This document shows, piece by piece, positions 62,480 through 64,000 of a stretch of DNA of 64,000 nt (its first letter is position 1; the number at the start of each line of letters is the position of its first letter). Source of the DNA: Gekko japonicus (Eukaryota); assembly GCF_001447785.1 (NCBI RefSeq), contig NW_015170911.1:712138-776137 (forward strand), given 5' to 3'. The translations under genes and the position numbers were made by a program. The notes under the pieces were generated by a model. It had not been told where the DNA came from and made no database searches. It worked only from the letters and a program-made list of their open reading frames with translations.

Positions 62480-62910
62480 TTTTAATTGCACACGCCGTAA
62501 CTGCACGGTGGAAGCATTTCTGGTTTGGATCAGTCATGTCCCGAACGGCTGCATCGACCGGCTTCATGATGTTGGGGCTTCAGGACCCGTATGTTGTATT
62601 GCCGCACTGCCACCGCCTGGCCGGAGCATCCCACTGGAGGGATTTTTCTTGTAGCCGAGTAGATTCTACCGCCATCCGGTCCTGGAGCAGGACGTCCCAA
62701 CCGACAGCTAACACCTTCCCACAGGGGAGTTGGTGTGCCCACCCTCTCTAAGGAGTGGTTCCCATTTTATCTACTCGCCGAGGCTTTCGAATCGCTGGGT
62801 GGACAATGAGCTAGGGACAACGGGCTGGCTGCTCACACCAGCGCGGGGCTCGAACTGACACAGTTCGGATGTTAAGACAGTGGGATATACCCACTGTGCC
62901 GCTGCTCCCC
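62480..62910 (-). mobile_element. CpG-rich tRNA-headed SINE with a Sauria-related central domain and a different 3' part
   Basis: Minus strand reads GGGGAGCAGCGGCACAGTGG (A box) and GTTCGAGCC (B box), then CACCCAGCGATTCGAAAGC..GAGTAGATAAAATGGGAACC, resembling the Sauria core. The lower boundary is approximate. Confidence 0.55.
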
Positions 62911-63777
62911 TTTTGTAGACCCAATCTTCTGTTGAACAACTGTCTAGCACTGAGCTACGTGTTAGGGATGGAGTGATGGTATAGTTTACAGAGGCTGGCC
63001 TGTCCTGCTGTATATTACTGATCGCCTGATGACATGTTCTATTGAACACAAAGGGATTGTTAGTGACATGGCATGTTTTTCAAGGACCTTCCCCTTTATG
63101 ACATATTCTAGGTATAGGCCTGGTTTGGGACCTGCAAGTTGATTGTCATTCTACAAAAATAACTTCTGTTTCAAGCAAGCCAGGTCATGTCAGCCTTTTA
63201 TGACCACCCCTAGTGATGAATGCGCCGGCTGAATGAATGGAATGTGTTGTCTTCTGTACCAGACCGTGGTAAGCATATTACTTCTGCACTGCAGACCTTG
63301 CTAGTTCACCACTAACGCCACCACCATGAGTCTCTATGCCTAACAAGGACCACCACAGGCCCAGGGTAGCCCGTGCAGTCTGCATAAGCTTCTCACACGC
63401 TCAATGTGTGGAACAAGATCCTTGCCTTCCCCTTGGTGGACTCTCCCAGCTCTTTCAGGCAAAGCCCAGTCAGGGGTGCAAAAAGACGGCTGCCTGGGCA
63501 TGCTTTACTTAGGGCTGATTCATAAATCCAAATCATTGTTTGGTGCGCAGTTACACCACTCAGAACTGCCACGCTGCTGCATTTTCTTCTCAATTTGCAT
63601 TCCTCCCAGTGTGAGTCTATGCTGTCCGTCTCACTTATGTTCCACCTGCATCAATGTGTGAGCCGCTACGATAGATATTTGAGAAAGGGAAAATAGTGTG
63701 TGTGGTGGTGGTGGGGTATTTTTATTTACTTAAAATATTTGTATCCCGCTTTTCTCCCAGTCAACAGGACTCAAAGC

Positions 63778-63930
63778 CAGTCGGGTCCGACTCTTCGCGA
63801 CCCCATGGACCAGATCACGCCAGGCCTTCCGGTCTTCCGCTGTCCTCTGAAGTTTGCTCAACTTCATGTTCGTTGCATCAATGACACTGTCTAACCATCT
63901 CATCCTTTGCCGTCCCCGTCTTCTTTGACC
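63778..63930 (-). mobile_element. RTE/BovB-type LINE 3' fragment
   Basis: Reverse complement of the 36868-36985 sequence, extending into ...GRRGRQRMRWLDSVIDAT. Confidence 0.85.
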
Positions 63931-64000
63931 TTGAGTTCAGCTTACATGCATTTAAAAACAAATACACTATCACACTGGTGGAAAGCACAGGTAGAAGGAA

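Noticed and set aside
62750-62830. HDV-like ribozyme in the Sauria-type core (also in the copies at 8.2 and 50.3 kb)
   Set aside because: I could not assign the nested double pseudoknot (P1, P1.1, P2, P3, P4) by eye. A structure-descriptor search would be needed.

Overview
This is vertebrate genomic DNA from a squamate reptile, probably a gecko (inferred from Sauria, Squam-type and 5S-derived SINEs). The window holds the 5' part of PDLIM5 (ENH, PDZ-LIM family) on the minus strand. A CpG-island promoter with probable non-coding exon 1 lies at ~58.4-59.2 kb. Exon 2 carries the start codon (52520-52655) and exon 3 lies at 3283-3434; together they encode the PDZ domain across a ~49 kb intron 2. 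The rest is intronic or upstream DNA dense in mobile elements: an L1 5' half with intact ORF1, a degenerate Gypsy LTR element whose pol stops right after RNase H, a DIRS element, CR1, L2, BovB/RTE, Penelope relics, and many SINEs and hAT/Harbinger-type MITEs. Most ORFs in the supplied track are spurious. I found no new multi-gene system. The most unusual observations are: two one-ended hAT MITEs each sitting between long (58 and 86 bp) host duplications; a head-to-head, tails-out Sauria SINE foldback; decayed minimal hammerhead ribozymes in Penelope repeats; an ORF1-only L1; and a CArG+MEF2 candidate muscle enhancer.
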